Shown in pieces: positions 41,292 to 51,686 of a DNA stretch of 64,000 bases; position 1 is the first letter of the stretch; each line of letters starts with the position of its first letter. The position numbers were made by a program, and so were the translations under genes. Under the pieces are notes generated by a model. The model had not been told where the DNA came from, ran no database searches, and saw only the letters and a program-made list of their open reading frames with translations. This stretch comes from Thermoanaerobaculia bacterium. Its GTDB lineage: Bacteria > Acidobacteriota > Thermoanaerobaculia > Gp7-AA8. The stretch spans positions 92,936 through 156,935 of the forward strand of contig JBBRTB010000005.1 of NCBI GenBank assembly GCA_038244815.1, in the 5' to 3' direction.

Positions 41292-42468
41292 CGTCGAGAG
41301 CCGGCGCGTCAGGCCGGCGTTTCTGCCGTTCGCACTTCCCGATGTCGGTGAAGAGGAAATCGCTTCCGTGGTCGAGACTCTGCGATCGGGTTGGCTGACC
41401 ACCGGCGCAAAGGCGAAACGGTTTGAACAGGAGTTCGCGGCGTTCGTCGGTGCGCGTGAGGGAGTTGCCCTCAATTCAGCGACTGCCGCGCTTCATCTGG
41501 CGCTTGACGCGATCGGAATCGGGGAGGGCGACGAGGTCATCGTTCCCACCATGACGTTCGCCGCGACCGCCGAGGTCGTGCACTACTTCAGGGCCAGGCC
41601 CGTTCTGGCCGACTGCGAGGAGGATACGTACAACCTCTCACCGGAGGCATTCGAGCGGGCCATCACCCCGCGCACCAAGGCGGTCATTCCGGTGCACTTC
41701 GCCGGTCAGCCATGCCAGATGGACCGGATCGTCGATATCGCCAAAAGCAATCACATCCGGGTCATCGAAGACGCTGCCCATTCGTTCCCCTCGCATTTTC
41801 ACGGCAAGTCCATCGGCACGATCGGAGACATGACCTGCTTCTCGTTCTATGCGACGAAGACGATCACGACCGGTGAAGGGGGAATGCTGGTCAGCGACAA
41901 TCCTGAGTTCATGGAGCGGGCCCGTGTGATGAGTCTGCACGGGATCAGCAGGGACGCGTGGAAGCGCTACACCGCCGAGGGATCCTGGTATTACGAGATC
42001 CTCTACCCCGGATACAAATACAACATGACCGACATCGCCGCTGCCATCGGTCTGGAACAGCTCAGGAAGGCTGCGCGGTTTCTCGACGTTCGCCGGCGTT
42101 ACGCGGAGATGTACAACGAGGGCTTCGTGGAAACGCCGGGAGTCGTCCGTCCGGCGGTGCGCACCGGATTGGGTCATGCCTGGCATCTCTATGTCATACG
42201 GTTGAATCGGGAGAAGCTGACCATCGATCGCGGTCGTTTCATCGAGGAGCTGAAGGCGCGGAACATCGGCAGCAGCGTTCATTTCATTCCGCTCCATTTG
42301 CACCCGTACTACCGGGAGACGTTTGGCTACGCTCCATCCGACTTCCCCGTGGCCAGCCGGGTTTACGAGGATACGGTCTCGCTCCCGATCTACACGCGGA
42401 TGACGCCGGAGGACGTGCGGTTCGTCATCAGCGCGGTCAACGATATCGCCAGCCGGCACCGCCGATGA
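41281..42468 (+). CDS. DegT/DnrJ/EryC1-family aminotransferase, WbpE-like
   Basis: PLP-dependent sugar aminotransferase signature with [15 protein letters not shown] lysine region. ATG at 41281 (alternative at 41257). Confidence 0.85.
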   Translation: MAVDVESRRVRPAFLPFALPDVGEEEIASVVETLRSGWLTTGAKAKRFEQEFAAFVGAREGVALNSATAALHLALDAIGIGEGDEVIVPTMTFAATAEVVHYFRARPVLADCEEDTYNLSPEAFERAITPRTKAVIPVHFAGQPCQMDRIVDIAKSNHIRVIEDAAHSFPSHFHGKSIGTIGDMTCFSFYATKTITTGEGGMLVSDNPEFMERARVMSLHGISRDAWKRYTAEGSWYYEILYPGYKYNMTDIAAAIGLEQLRKAARFLDVRRRYAEMYNEGFVETPGVVRPAVRTGLGHAWHLYVIRLNREKLTIDRGRFIEELKARNIGSSVHFIPLHLHPYYRETFGYAPSDFPVASRVYEDTVSLPIYTRMTPEDVRFVISAVNDIASRHRR

Positions 42469-43064
42469 TCAAGCGGATTTTCGACCTGGGAGCTTCAGCT
42501 CTTGGGCTGGTGCTGCTCAGCCCCGTGTTTCTCGTCGTGGCAGTGGCCATCAAACTCGACTCACCAGGGCCGGTCTTCTTCAGGCAGGAGCGGATGGGGC
42601 GGAACTTCCGGCCGTTCCGCATTCTGAAGTTCCGCTCCATGAGCGCCGGGCCGGCCGAAAACGCGCCGCAGATCACCGCGTCGGGCGATCCGCGTGTGAC
42701 GCGCCTAGGCCGTCTGCTCCGCAGGACGAAGGTCGATGAACTGCCGCAACTGGTGAACGTGCTGCGCGGCGACATGAGCCTGGTCGGACCCCGCCCGGAA
42801 GTCAGAAGGTACGTCGAACTGTTCGGCGCGGACTACGATGAGATTCTCAAATACCGGCCCGGGATGACCGACCTGGCGTCGATCCGTTTCCGTGATGAGG
42901 AAGAGTTGCTGGCCGCGGCGAACGACCCCGAAACGGAGTACGTGAGCAGGGTCCTGCCGGAGAAGATCAAGCTCGGCAAGGAGTATGTCCGGCGTGCGAG
43001 TTTCGCCGTGGACATCGAGCTGATCATCAGCACACTACTGAGAATCCTTCCCCGGGCCCGCTGA
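42465..43064 (+). CDS. initiating sugar-phosphate transferase (Bac_transf family, PglC/WbaP C-terminal-domain type)
   Basis: Single N-terminal TM helix, then PGPVFFRQERMGRNFRPFRILKFRSM...DELPQLVNVLRGDMSLVGPRP. Confidence 0.85.
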   Translation: MIKRIFDLGASALGLVLLSPVFLVVAVAIKLDSPGPVFFRQERMGRNFRPFRILKFRSMSAGPAENAPQITASGDPRVTRLGRLLRRTKVDELPQLVNVLRGDMSLVGPRPEVRRYVELFGADYDEILKYRPGMTDLASIRFRDEEELLAAANDPETEYVSRVLPEKIKLGKEYVRRASFAVDIELIISTLLRILPRAR

Positions 43065-43577
43065 TCTTCTCGGAATGCCGCGGTTGTGCTCCTCGTGCAC
43101 CGCGCGGAGAACCGACTGGCGAATGTTGAGATTCGGGATGTCGTTGACGTAGTTGAGGTTGAAGAGGCAGGCTTTCGTCAGATTGCCCATTGCCAGATCG
43201 CTCTGATTCATCTGAAGCTGAACGAGCCCGAGGTTGAGAAAGATCTCCGGCCGCCGGTCATACGCCAGAGCGGCCGTATAGGCGTCCGACGCCTCCTGCA
43301 ACTGCCCGAGGACGCGTTGGTAGGCCGCCAGGGTCATGTACATGTCCGGGTCGGTCGGGCACGTTTGAATGCAGCGCTGCATGTTGGCGATCCCCGCTCT
43401 GGCGCTCCGCACCACTGCAAAGGACGACGGCAGATTGATGAGCGAGAACACGATCTGCTGCCGCTGCTTCTTGATGATTTCACAACGGTATGGGAGCCAG
43501 CTGAATCTGTAGACCGCACAAACGGCGAGTGCGCAGACGAGCACCGCTGCCAGCCACTTAAGCGACCGCATCTTCAT
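43035..43577 (-). CDS. membrane-anchored TPR-like protein, hypothetical
   Basis: N-terminal hydrophobic anchor (WLAAVLVCALAVCAVY) and TPR-like helices (AYQRVLGQLQEASDAYTAALAYD...LNLGLVQLQMNQSD). Confidence 0.5.
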   Translation of the reverse strand: MKMRSLKWLAAVLVCALAVCAVYRFSWLPYRCEIIKKQRQQIVFSLINLPSSFAVVRSARAGIANMQRCIQTCPTDPDMYMTLAAYQRVLGQLQEASDAYTAALAYDRRPEIFLNLGLVQLQMNQSDLAMGNLTKACLFNLNYVNDIPNLNIRQSVLRAVHEEHNRGIPRRSAGPGKDSQ

Positions 43578-44886
43578 CCCACTTGAGGATCACGGCGCAG
43601 AAGAAAGCGATTTCGGCCGTCGCCGCGGCGATGTGCAGGGGAAACGATGACAGCATCAGCGTGAAAAGACCGACGGCCAGCGGAAGAGCGAGCGCTCGTG
43701 CGAAGCCCGCTGTTTCCGTGTCCGGGTGCGCTTTCCTGAGAGACAAGCGGGATACAACGATGAAGGCCGCAAGAAAGATCGCGTAGGCGGGCAGGCCCCC
43801 CTCGGCCAGGATCTGCAGGTGCTCGTTGTGGGTTTCCCCGAAATTCACGACGTTGCGATTGATGAGCCGGGGATGGGTCTTTTCGATCGCGAGCTTTTCA
43901 TCGAAGTACTGAAATGGGAAGCACCCCAACCCGACTCCTGTGATCGGATGGGTGGAGAACATTCGCCAGGCGGCGAGGAATGCCGGAATGCGTCCCGAGA
44001 GCAAGGGATCGAAGTCGCCTCCAAGGACTGACTCGATCTTCCAGCGTGTCGCCGCCCTGCGAGGCGGCGACGACGCGATGAACACCGTTGCAAGCAGCAG
44101 AGCAACGGTCATGGCCGCGATCGTCGTGCGCGGCGCCCGCGGGAGGAACAGGACCAGGAGGCCGGCTCCGAGAGCGATGAGAGCGCCCAGGGTCTCGCTG
44201 GCGACCATGCCGGCAACGATGATCGTCGCCAGCGCCATCGCGGTGAGGCGATGCTTTTTCGACACCAGGGCCAGCGCGGAGGCAGCAAGCGCCGGAGTGA
44301 GCAGGTACATTCCGACGTCATCGGGATTGCCGAGCAATGCCGTCGTCCCGAAGCGGGAGCTATACACGGCGTCGAACTTGATCGGCGTCCAGAGTGTGGT
44401 TCTCTGCGTGATGGCGAGCGTGGCATTGAGTACGGCAGGGATGAATGCGAGATACAGGATGGAGAGCGAACGGCCGGATGCGCCGGTGTAGATCGCGACG
44501 AACACCATCATCGCAACCACGAGATTGAACAGGGAAGCGACACTGAGCGCGCGATTCGTGGACAGCCACGTCGTCACCAGGCACCAGAAGAGAGCGGCAG
44601 CCAGCACGGCCAGGAGCGGCCGCGACCGCCATCGATCCAGCGCACGGCGTCCTCCGAGGATCAGATCGGAGATCGCCAGAGCACACAGCAGGATCCCGGC
44701 CGCTTTGAACAGCAGCTCCTTCGGCAGCCGGAAGCTGTCCTTCGCCTCGAGCGATATTACCAGGGGGACGGAGAGCATCGTGACGGCGATGACGAACCAG
44801 GAAAGGCGTTCGCTGATCGATCGTGAGGGAGCCCGAGTCTCCTCCACGGTTGCCGCGCCGTGTGCGCGCCGCGCGGAGTCGGCCAT
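43558..44886 (-). CDS. O-antigen ligase / polymerase family membrane protein (Wzy_C domain)
   Basis: Multi-TM protein with a large loop containing GVGLGCFPFQY...NEHLQILAEGGLP. The ATG at 44886 overlaps the fcl stop. Confidence 0.7.
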   Translation of the reverse strand: MADSARRAHGAATVEETRAPSRSISERLSWFVIAVTMLSVPLVISLEAKDSFRLPKELLFKAAGILLCALAISDLILGGRRALDRWRSRPLLAVLAAALFWCLVTTWLSTNRALSVASLFNLVVAMMVFVAIYTGASGRSLSILYLAFIPAVLNATLAITQRTTLWTPIKFDAVYSSRFGTTALLGNPDDVGMYLLTPALAASALALVSKKHRLTAMALATIIVAGMVASETLGALIALGAGLLVLFLPRAPRTTIAAMTVALLLATVFIASSPPRRAATRWKIESVLGGDFDPLLSGRIPAFLAAWRMFSTHPITGVGLGCFPFQYFDEKLAIEKTHPRLINRNVVNFGETHNEHLQILAEGGLPAYAIFLAAFIVVSRLSLRKAHPDTETAGFARALALPLAVGLFTLMLSSFPLHIAAATAEIAFFCAVILKWDEDAVA

Positions 44887-45833
44887 CAGCCGCCAACCGG
44901 TTGCGGAAGTACGGCCTCCGCGAGCGCCCATCGGTAGGTCGTCGACAGTCCTTCGCGCAGCAGATGTTTTGGCCGCCAGCCAAGCGAAAACAAGCGCGAG
45001 CTGTCGAGCAATTTTCGCGGCGTGCCGTCGGGTTTGGTGGGGTCCCAGCGGATCGTGCCCCGATAGTCCACGACGTCGCGCATCGTCTCAGCGAGTTCCC
45101 GAATCGTGACCTCCTGACCGGTGCCCACGTTGATCGTCTCTGCGTTTTCATAGACCTGCATCAATAAGTACAGTGCATCAGCCAGGTCGTCGACGTGGAG
45201 GAACTCCCGCCGAGGCGTTCCCGTGCCCCATACCAGGACCTCCGGGGAGTTTGTGGTCTTCGCCTCATGAAAGCGCCGCATCATCCCCGGAATCACATGT
45301 GAGGCCATCGGATCGAAATTGTCGGCAGGTCCGTAGAGATTCGTCGGCATCGCGGAGATGAAGCACCTTCCATATTGCCGGTAATACATTTCGCACAGCT
45401 TGAGGCCGGCGATCTTCGCGATGGCGTAGCCTTCATTCGTCGTTTCGAGCGGACCTGTCAGCAGCGACGATTCCCGGAGCGGTTGGGCAGCGTCGCGAGG
45501 GTAGATGCACGAGCTGCCCAGATAGAGGAGCTTTCTGGTATCGGCCTCGAACGCGCTGTGAATGGTGTTGCTGGCAATGAGCAGGTTCTCGTAGATGAAG
45601 TCCGCCTGGCGGGTTGAGTTCGCGTAGATCCCGCCGACGAGACCAGCCACGATGAACGCGTACTCGACTCCGGCCTGGCGAAAGAAGCGGTGAACCGCGG
45701 CCTGATCGAGAAGATTCAGTTCCTCCCGCGTTTGCACGATCGGCTCGATTCCGGCGGTTCGGAGCCGGCGAACGAGAGCTGAACCGACAAGACCGCGGTG
45801 GCCGGCGACATAAACCCGGCTCGCCGGCGTCAT
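44886..45833 (-). CDS. fcl: GDP-L-fucose synthase (GDP-4-keto-6-deoxymannose 3,5-epimerase/4-reductase)
   Basis: VYVAGHRGLVGSA..., SxxxxxYxxxK region (YAIAKIAG), full-length match. Confidence 0.9.
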   Translation of the reverse strand: MTPASRVYVAGHRGLVGSALVRRLRTAGIEPIVQTREELNLLDQAAVHRFFRQAGVEYAFIVAGLVGGIYANSTRQADFIYENLLIASNTIHSAFEADTRKLLYLGSSCIYPRDAAQPLRESSLLTGPLETTNEGYAIAKIAGLKLCEMYYRQYGRCFISAMPTNLYGPADNFDPMASHVIPGMMRRFHEAKTTNSPEVLVWGTGTPRREFLHVDDLADALYLLMQVYENAETINVGTGQEVTIRELAETMRDVVDYRGTIRWDPTKPDGTPRKLLDSSRLFSLGWRPKHLLREGLSTTYRWALAEAVLPQPVGG

Positions 45834-45838
45834 TGCCG

Positions 45839-46963
45839 TCAAACCGCGCTCCACCGTTTGTCGTTGTCCACGATCCCACCACCGGCGTTGGCCATTGCTC
45901 GCTCCACACGCGCCAACTCGACGTCGTGGTCGATCATCGTCGCCACAAGCTCCGGAAACGATACTCGAGGCTCCCATCCCAGCGTTGTTCGTGCCTTCGT
46001 GGCATCGCCGAGCAGCACGTCGACCTCGGCGGGCCGGAAATAGCGTGGGTCGACTTCGACGTACTCCTTCCAGTCCAGATCGAGTCTGCCGAAGCCGAGA
46101 TCGAGGAACTCTCTCACCGAATGGGTTTCACCGGTGGCCAGAACGTAGTCGCCTGGCTCATCGGCCTGCATCATGAGCCACATGCCTTCGACGTAGTCTC
46201 TCGCGTGACCCCAGTCCCGCCGCGCATCGAGATTGCCGAGGTAGAGCTTTTTCTGCAGACCGTGCTTGATACGACCGGCAGCCCTGGTGATCTTCCGGGA
46301 GACGAATGTCTCGCCACGCCGTTCCGACTCGTGATTGAACAGAATGCCGTTGCAGGCGAAGAGACCGTACGACTCCCGGTAGTTGACGGTGATGTAGTAC
46401 GCGTAGGCCTTGGCGCAGCCATAGGGAGAGCGCGGGTAGAAAGGCGTCGTCTCGCTCTGGGGGATCTCGACTGCCTTGCCGTACAGCTCCGACGACGAAG
46501 CCTGATAGAACTTCGGTTGGATCCCCGCTTCACGGATCGCTTCGAGAAGCCGAACGGTGCCCAGTCCGCTCACTTCTCCGGTGTACTCGGGGATGTCGAA
46601 GCTGACGCGCACGTGGGACTGTGCGCCGAGGTTGTAGATCTCGTCAGGGCGGACTTGTCGGAGGACGGTATTGAGCGAGCTGGAGTCGTTCAGGTCGCCA
46701 TAGAGCAGCCGGAGTCGGGTTCCCTTCTGATGGGGATCCTGATAGAGGTGGTCGATTCGATCCGTGTTGAAGGTCGACGAACGCCGGATGATTCCCCAAA
46801 CCTCGTACCCCTTGTCGAGGAGAAGCTCGGTGAGGAAGGACCCGTCTTGGCCGGTAATGCCGGTGATGAGCGCGCGCTTTCCCTTCGTTTGTTGCGGACC
46901 TGCGGCCACGATTACGCGCCCGCGCCGCTGGTTCGAGGTTGTGAGAGGATCATCGAATGCCAT
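45839..46963 (-). CDS. gmd: GDP-mannose 4,6-dehydratase
   Basis: [33 protein letters not shown]...[21 protein letters not shown] catalytic motif. About 28-aa N-terminal extension if the ATG at 46963 is used. Confidence 0.9.
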   Translation of the reverse strand: MAFDDPLTTSNQRRGRVIVAAGPQQTKGKRALITGITGQDGSFLTELLLDKGYEVWGIIRRSSTFNTDRIDHLYQDPHQKGTRLRLLYGDLNDSSSLNTVLRQVRPDEIYNLGAQSHVRVSFDIPEYTGEVSGLGTVRLLEAIREAGIQPKFYQASSSELYGKAVEIPQSETTPFYPRSPYGCAKAYAYYITVNYRESYGLFACNGILFNHESERRGETFVSRKITRAAGRIKHGLQKKLYLGNLDARRDWGHARDYVEGMWLMMQADEPGDYVLATGETHSVREFLDLGFGRLDLDWKEYVEVDPRYFRPAEVDVLLGDATKARTTLGWEPRVSFPELVATMIDHDVELARVERAMANAGGGIVDNDKRWSAV

Positions 46964-48891
46964 TCCCCTGAGGCAGCCGGATCGGACGACGTGGCGGTCC
47001 CTCCGGTGGCGGTGTATTCCGGTAGCAGCGACTTCAGAATATCGACGGTCTCTCGTGCGTGGATGCACCGTTCCGCGAAGCGCGTCCACTCCGCGATCTG
47101 CTCCGACGTCGGCTGAGGCGATTCCGTGATCACGATCTGCGGATGTACGGTGGGGTGCGCGGATTCGCCCTTCAATCGAATCTCCTCGAACAGTTTTTCG
47201 CCGGGTCGCAGTCCGGTATAGGTGATCGGAATCTCCTCTTCGTTGTGGTTCGAGAGGCGGATCAGGTCGCGCGCCAGATCGGCGATCCTGATCGGATCTC
47301 CCATGTCGAGCATGAAGATCTGTCCGGCGTCGCCGAGGGTCACTGCCTGCAGGACGAGCGAAATCGCCTCCGATGTGCGGATGAAGTATCGCGTGACGTC
47401 CGGATGGGTAACGGTGATCGGTCCTCCCGCGGCGATCTGTTCCATGAACAGCGGGATCACGCTGCCTGACGATCCGATGACATTACCGAAACGAACAGCG
47501 GTGATCTTCATCCGGGTGGTGCGGGTGAGGTCGAGCAGGAGGATTTCCGCGGCCCGCTTGGTTGCACCCATCACACTCGTCGGATTGATCGCTTTATCGG
47601 TCGAGATGAAGACAAAGCGCTTGACGTCCGCTTCGGCGCAGATTTCACCGAGAACCCTCGTGGCCAGCGCGTTGTTGCGGAGATATTCGGAAGGATTCTC
47701 TTCGCCGAGAGGCACGTGTTTATGGGCCGCGGCGTGAAGAACGATGTTCGGGCGCGCTTCGGTGACCGCCTGCCGCACGATGTCGGCGTCCTGAATGTCC
47801 ACGAGCCTGCAGGAGACCTTCGAGGCCGCCTCTTCCGACTCGCGCACCAGACGCTTGCGAACCTCATAGAGGAGATACTCGGATCGCTCGATGAGCGTCA
47901 GACTCTCGGGCTCGAATGCCAGGATCTGGCTGGCGAGCTCCGATCCGATCGTCCCGCCGGCGCCCGTCAGAAGGACGCGCTTCCCCTGGAACAAGGCCCG
48001 GACCGGATCGCCGGGAAGGTCGATTCTCTTCCTGCGCACGAGGTCGTCCACGTTGACCGGGCGGAGCTGCGACACCTGGACCTTGCCACTGACGAGCTGA
48101 TCGATCCCGGGCATCGTCTTGAAGGTGAGCTCCGCCTCCGACAGATGATGAATGATGTCGCGCACGCGTTTGCCCGAGGCGCTCGGGATTGCAATGAGCG
48201 CCTCCGCGGCATTGGAGGCATCAGCGATTTTACGGATCGCAGAGATCGGGCCGGTGACTTTGATTCCGCGGATGTGCGAGTTCCACTTGGCCCGCTGATC
48301 GTCGATGAATCCGACGACCTTCATCCCCAGCTGGGGACGATGCTCGATCTCGCGGGCCAACGCCTCACCGGCGTCACCGGCGCCGACGATCAGGACCCGC
48401 TTCGGTTCGGCCGTCTCACCATTTGCCGGTCGAAGGTGGTCTCGACCGACGCGGATGGCCACCCGAGTCCCGAACAGGAGCAGCAGCGAGAAGGCCCAGT
48501 CGATCAGCAGGACTCCTCGAGGCGAGTGAACGAACAACTGATTCGATCCAAGGATCGAGCCCGCGTACCACCCGCCGATGAGCGCAACAAGACTCGTGGT
48601 GAGGCCGAACACCAGCCTCACCACGTCCGCGATCCCGACGTAGCGCCACCACCCTCGGTAGAATCCGAAGAGCAGGCCCACGAACAGCTGCACGCTGACG
48701 ACGATCGGGAAACTCGCGGTGAGGGTGTGCAGGTATTCCGGTGGGATATTGAACTCGAACCGCACCAGGTACGCGAAGACGTAGCAGCCCGAAAAGACCA
48801 GTGCGTGGAAGGCAAAGAGCAGCACAACCCGGGCTCCGGCCATGCGGACGAGAAACGACTCGATGAAGGATTCTCTGTTCGCCACTTTCAC
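46912..48891 (-). CDS. membrane-bound polysaccharide biosynthesis protein CapD/WbpM/PglF family (UDP-GlcNAc 4,6-dehydratase type)
   Basis: Four N-terminal TM helices, then two Rossmann domains ([13 protein letters not shown]; [14 protein letters not shown]) and a catalytic YxxxK region. Confidence 0.85.
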   Translation of the reverse strand: MKVANRESFIESFLVRMAGARVVLLFAFHALVFSGCYVFAYLVRFEFNIPPEYLHTLTASFPIVVSVQLFVGLLFGFYRGWWRYVGIADVVRLVFGLTTSLVALIGGWYAGSILGSNQLFVHSPRGVLLIDWAFSLLLLFGTRVAIRVGRDHLRPANGETAEPKRVLIVGAGDAGEALAREIEHRPQLGMKVVGFIDDQRAKWNSHIRGIKVTGPISAIRKIADASNAAEALIAIPSASGKRVRDIIHHLSEAELTFKTMPGIDQLVSGKVQVSQLRPVNVDDLVRRKRIDLPGDPVRALFQGKRVLLTGAGGTIGSELASQILAFEPESLTLIERSEYLLYEVRKRLVRESEEAASKVSCRLVDIQDADIVRQAVTEARPNIVLHAAAHKHVPLGEENPSEYLRNNALATRVLGEICAEADVKRFVFISTDKAINPTSVMGATKRAAEILLLDLTRTTRMKITAVRFGNVIGSSGSVIPLFMEQIAAGGPITVTHPDVTRYFIRTSEAISLVLQAVTLGDAGQIFMLDMGDPIRIADLARDLIRLSNHNEEEIPITYTGLRPGEKLFEEIRLKGESAHPTVHPQIVITESPQPTSEQIAEWTRFAERCIHARETVDILKSLLPEYTATGGTATSSDPAASGEWHSMILSQPRTSGAGA

Positions 48892-48967
48892 TTGATGGAC
48901 CCTGAATTAACCCTTGTTGCTGTGCGACTTCCGGAGGAGTTGATTATATTCGTCGCGTCCGCCGGTT

Positions 48968-48973
48968 TACAAT
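48968..48973 (+). promoter_or_regulatory. -10-like TACAAT, 19 nt upstream of the ATG at 48993
   Basis: ggtttacaat tatttcagtctacgacgac atg. No Shine-Dalgarno sequence. Confidence 0.3.
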
Positions 48974-48992
48974 TATTTCAGTCTACGACGAC

Positions 48993-49730
48993 ATGTCTTT
49001 GCACCATCTGAAAAGCCTCAACCGCGACGCGCTCGCCGATTTTCTGGCGGAGAATCTCGCTCATCTGGTCGAGGACGAGGCCCTGGCCGTGCTCGAGAAC
49101 CCCTACGTGACGCCGCGGGTCTGTCAGGCCATCGCCCAGAACCAGCGGCTGTCCGCGTTTTACTCCGTGCGGGTGAAGCTCGTCGGGCACCGCCAGACTC
49201 CACAGGCGCAGGCGGTGCGGCTCGTTCACTACCTCTACTGGCCCGACCTCGTCCGGCTGTCGGTCGACGTGACGGTCTCGGCCCAGGTGCGGCGTGCCAT
49301 CGACACCATCCTGCTGACCCGGGTCGACAAACTCTCGCTCGGGGAACGGATCGCCGCCGCGCGCCGCTGCAGTTCGGCGCTGATCAAGGTCCTCCTCTTC
49401 GATCCCGATCCGAAGGTCTTCGCCTCGCTGCTCAACAACCAGCGGCTGCGCGAGGACGATCTGCTGCTGATCGCCAGCTCACACAACGCGGCCGCGGAGC
49501 AGCTGGCCATGATCGCCGGCGAGAGAAAGTGGGGTAGCCGCTACAGCGTGCGCAAGGCGCTGGTGCTGAATCCGATCACGCCGCGATCGGTGGCGGCCTC
49601 GCAACTCCGCTTTCTCTCACGCCGCGATCTGGTCGGCATCCATGAGAATCCCGCCACCTCCCTCTATCTGAGGCGATGCATCGAACGTCTGCACGAGTCC
49701 ATCCGGACCCTGCAAGGCACGGTAGAATGA
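48993..49730 (+). CDS. helical-repeat (LRV/HEAT-like) hypothetical protein
   Basis: Recurrent about 24-aa helical units (ENPYVTPRVCQAIAQN; LNNQRLREDDLLLIAS; LNPITPRSVAASQLRF). Confidence 0.5.
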   Translation: MSLHHLKSLNRDALADFLAENLAHLVEDEALAVLENPYVTPRVCQAIAQNQRLSAFYSVRVKLVGHRQTPQAQAVRLVHYLYWPDLVRLSVDVTVSAQVRRAIDTILLTRVDKLSLGERIAAARRCSSALIKVLLFDPDPKVFASLLNNQRLREDDLLLIASSHNAAAEQLAMIAGERKWGSRYSVRKALVLNPITPRSVAASQLRFLSRRDLVGIHENPATSLYLRRCIERLHESIRTLQGTVE

Positions 49731-50557
49731 GGTTCCCGATGCCCGAACAGGAGCCCCAGGCGCACTCCGAGCTGGCGTCGTTCGGCGAGGACCTCAGGCG
49801 CGAACGCGAGATCCGCGGCATTTCGCTCAAGGAAATCGCCGACGCGACGAAGATCAGCAAGCGATTTCTCGAAGCGATCGAGCGCAACGACCATCGCACG
49901 CTGCCGGCGCCCGTCTTCACACGCGGTTTCGTCCGCGAATACGCGCGCTACCTCGGCCTGAGCTGCGAGGAGATGGTCAACCGCTACAACTTCGCCGCCG
50001 CGGGCGACGACCGGATCGAGAAGAGCGCGCATCTGGACCGTCTGACGCAGCCTCCGCCGGACATTCCCCGCGAGCCTCCCAGGAAGCGGTCCATCCCGCC
50101 GCCGTACGCACGGATCGACCGCGGCGTGTATCTGCTGATCATCATCGTGGCCGCTCTCGCCGCCGTGGCCTGGTGGGCCGTCGAGCACAAACATCGCTCG
50201 GAGCTCGACAGCCCGCGGGCCGAGGTGACGCGTCCGGCGCCGGTGCGGCACAGGGTCGTGACGCCCCCTCCGCCGGTGGTGGCCGCGCCGCCTCCGCCGA
50301 TGCGCATGGTCATCGAGCTGACCGACGACTGCTATCTCGATCTCGACGTCGACGGTCAGAACGTGCTGAAAGACGACTATCGGCGGGGGATGCGTGATAC
50401 GTTCGAGGCGAAGCAGAGCTTCGATTTCAAGCGTATCGGCAATGCCGCCGGCGTCATCCTCATGATCGATGACAAACAGATTCCGCCACTGGGTGGCGAC
50501 GGTCAGGTGATCAAGAATCGCGTCTTCGACCGTAAGACCCTGGAGAGACTGCCGTGA
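49726..50557 (+). CDS. RodZ-like protein (N-terminal XRE-type HTH, one TM helix, Pro-rich linker, C-terminal DUF4115-like domain)
   Basis: HTH (GEDLRREREIRGISLKEIADATKISKRFLEAIE), TM (VYLLIIIVAALAAVAWWAV), then a PPPPVVAAPPPP linker. Confidence 0.7.
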
Positions 50558-51645
50558 GCACCACGCCCGGAGAATTGACCGCGGCGCAGGTCATCGCGCA
50601 GATCGAGGGCGAGGCCTACGAGCGGGAAGTGCTGCTCACGCTGGCTCGCGGATTCCTGCCCCTGCCGCAGGAAGAACTCATCGCCGTCCTTTCGTATCTG
50701 ACCCAGACCCCTGACGAGGAGATCTCGACGCTGGCGCGAGGCTCGCTCAACGACATCCCCGCGCGGTCGGTTCACGGATTCGCATCGAACGAGAACGCCT
50801 CGCCCGAGTATCTGAAGCTGCTCACGCGTGCCACCAGCGACGCGCACATCCTCGAGGCCCTCATCCGCAACCGCACCCTCACCGATGACGCCGTGGTCGA
50901 GCTGGCGCGCCGGGCTGAGGGAGCGGTGCAGGAAGTCATCGTCATCAATCAGTCGCGCATCCTCCGCTCGCCTGAGATCCTCGACGCCCTTCTGGATAAC
51001 CCGCAGATCACACAGGACACCCGACGCCGGGCCCTGGAGACGCGCGAGGAATTCTTCGAGAAGAAAGCGCGCATCGAAGAGCTGAAGCGCGTTCTCGCGG
51101 AGGAGGACGTGATCGACCAGACCATCCCCGACGATGCCATCGCCGACCTCCTCGAACAGGTGCCGGCCGAGCAGACCAGCTTGTTACCGGCGGTCGGCGA
51201 AGTCTCCATCGAGGGCATGGAGGAAACCAAGAAGAAGTCGATGTGGGCCATCCTGGGCTCCATGAGCGTGTCGGAGAAAGTGCAACTGGCTTACAAGGGC
51301 AACAAGAGCGTCCGCGCCATTCTCGTCCGCGAGCGAAACCGGTTGATCTCCTCCGCCACGATGCGGAATCCCCGCATGACGGACAGCGAGGCCGAACAGA
51401 TCGCCGGCATGCGCGATGTGGGCGAAGATGTGCTGCGCATCATCGGAATGCGCCGTGACTGGATGGCGAAATATCCGGTAGCAATCGCCCTGGCCAAGAA
51501 TCCGAAAGCTCCGATCGGGGTTGTCCTGCCGTTGATCAATCGTTTAAGCTTACGGGACTTGAAGGGGTTGAAAGACGACAAGGGTGTGAGCGAAGCAGTT
51601 CGTTCGAACGCCAGGAAGCTCTACCAGATGCGTCAGAAATCGTGA
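50554..51645 (+). CDS. helical-repeat (HEAT/LRV-like) hypothetical protein
   Basis: Repeated SPE(Y/I)L..LL.NP motifs. Its last 43 codons lie inside the 133-bp direct repeat, copy 1. Confidence 0.5.
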   Translation: MSTTPGELTAAQVIAQIEGEAYEREVLLTLARGFLPLPQEELIAVLSYLTQTPDEEISTLARGSLNDIPARSVHGFASNENASPEYLKLLTRATSDAHILEALIRNRTLTDDAVVELARRAEGAVQEVIVINQSRILRSPEILDALLDNPQITQDTRRRALETREEFFEKKARIEELKRVLAEEDVIDQTIPDDAIADLLEQVPAEQTSLLPAVGEVSIEGMEETKKKSMWAILGSMSVSEKVQLAYKGNKSVRAILVRERNRLISSATMRNPRMTDSEAEQIAGMRDVGEDVLRIIGMRRDWMAKYPVAIALAKNPKAPIGVVLPLINRLSLRDLKGLKDDKGVSEAVRSNARKLYQMRQKS

Positions 51646-51649
51646 TCCC
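51517..51649 (+). repeat. 133-bp direct repeat, copy 1 (3' end of gene 50554..51645 plus 4 nt)
   Basis: Matches 53340..53472 with 5 mismatches (about 96% identity). Confidence 0.9.
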
Positions 51650-51686
51650 TGCCCGTCCTTGCCAGGCTTGACGCCGTGGACCCCGG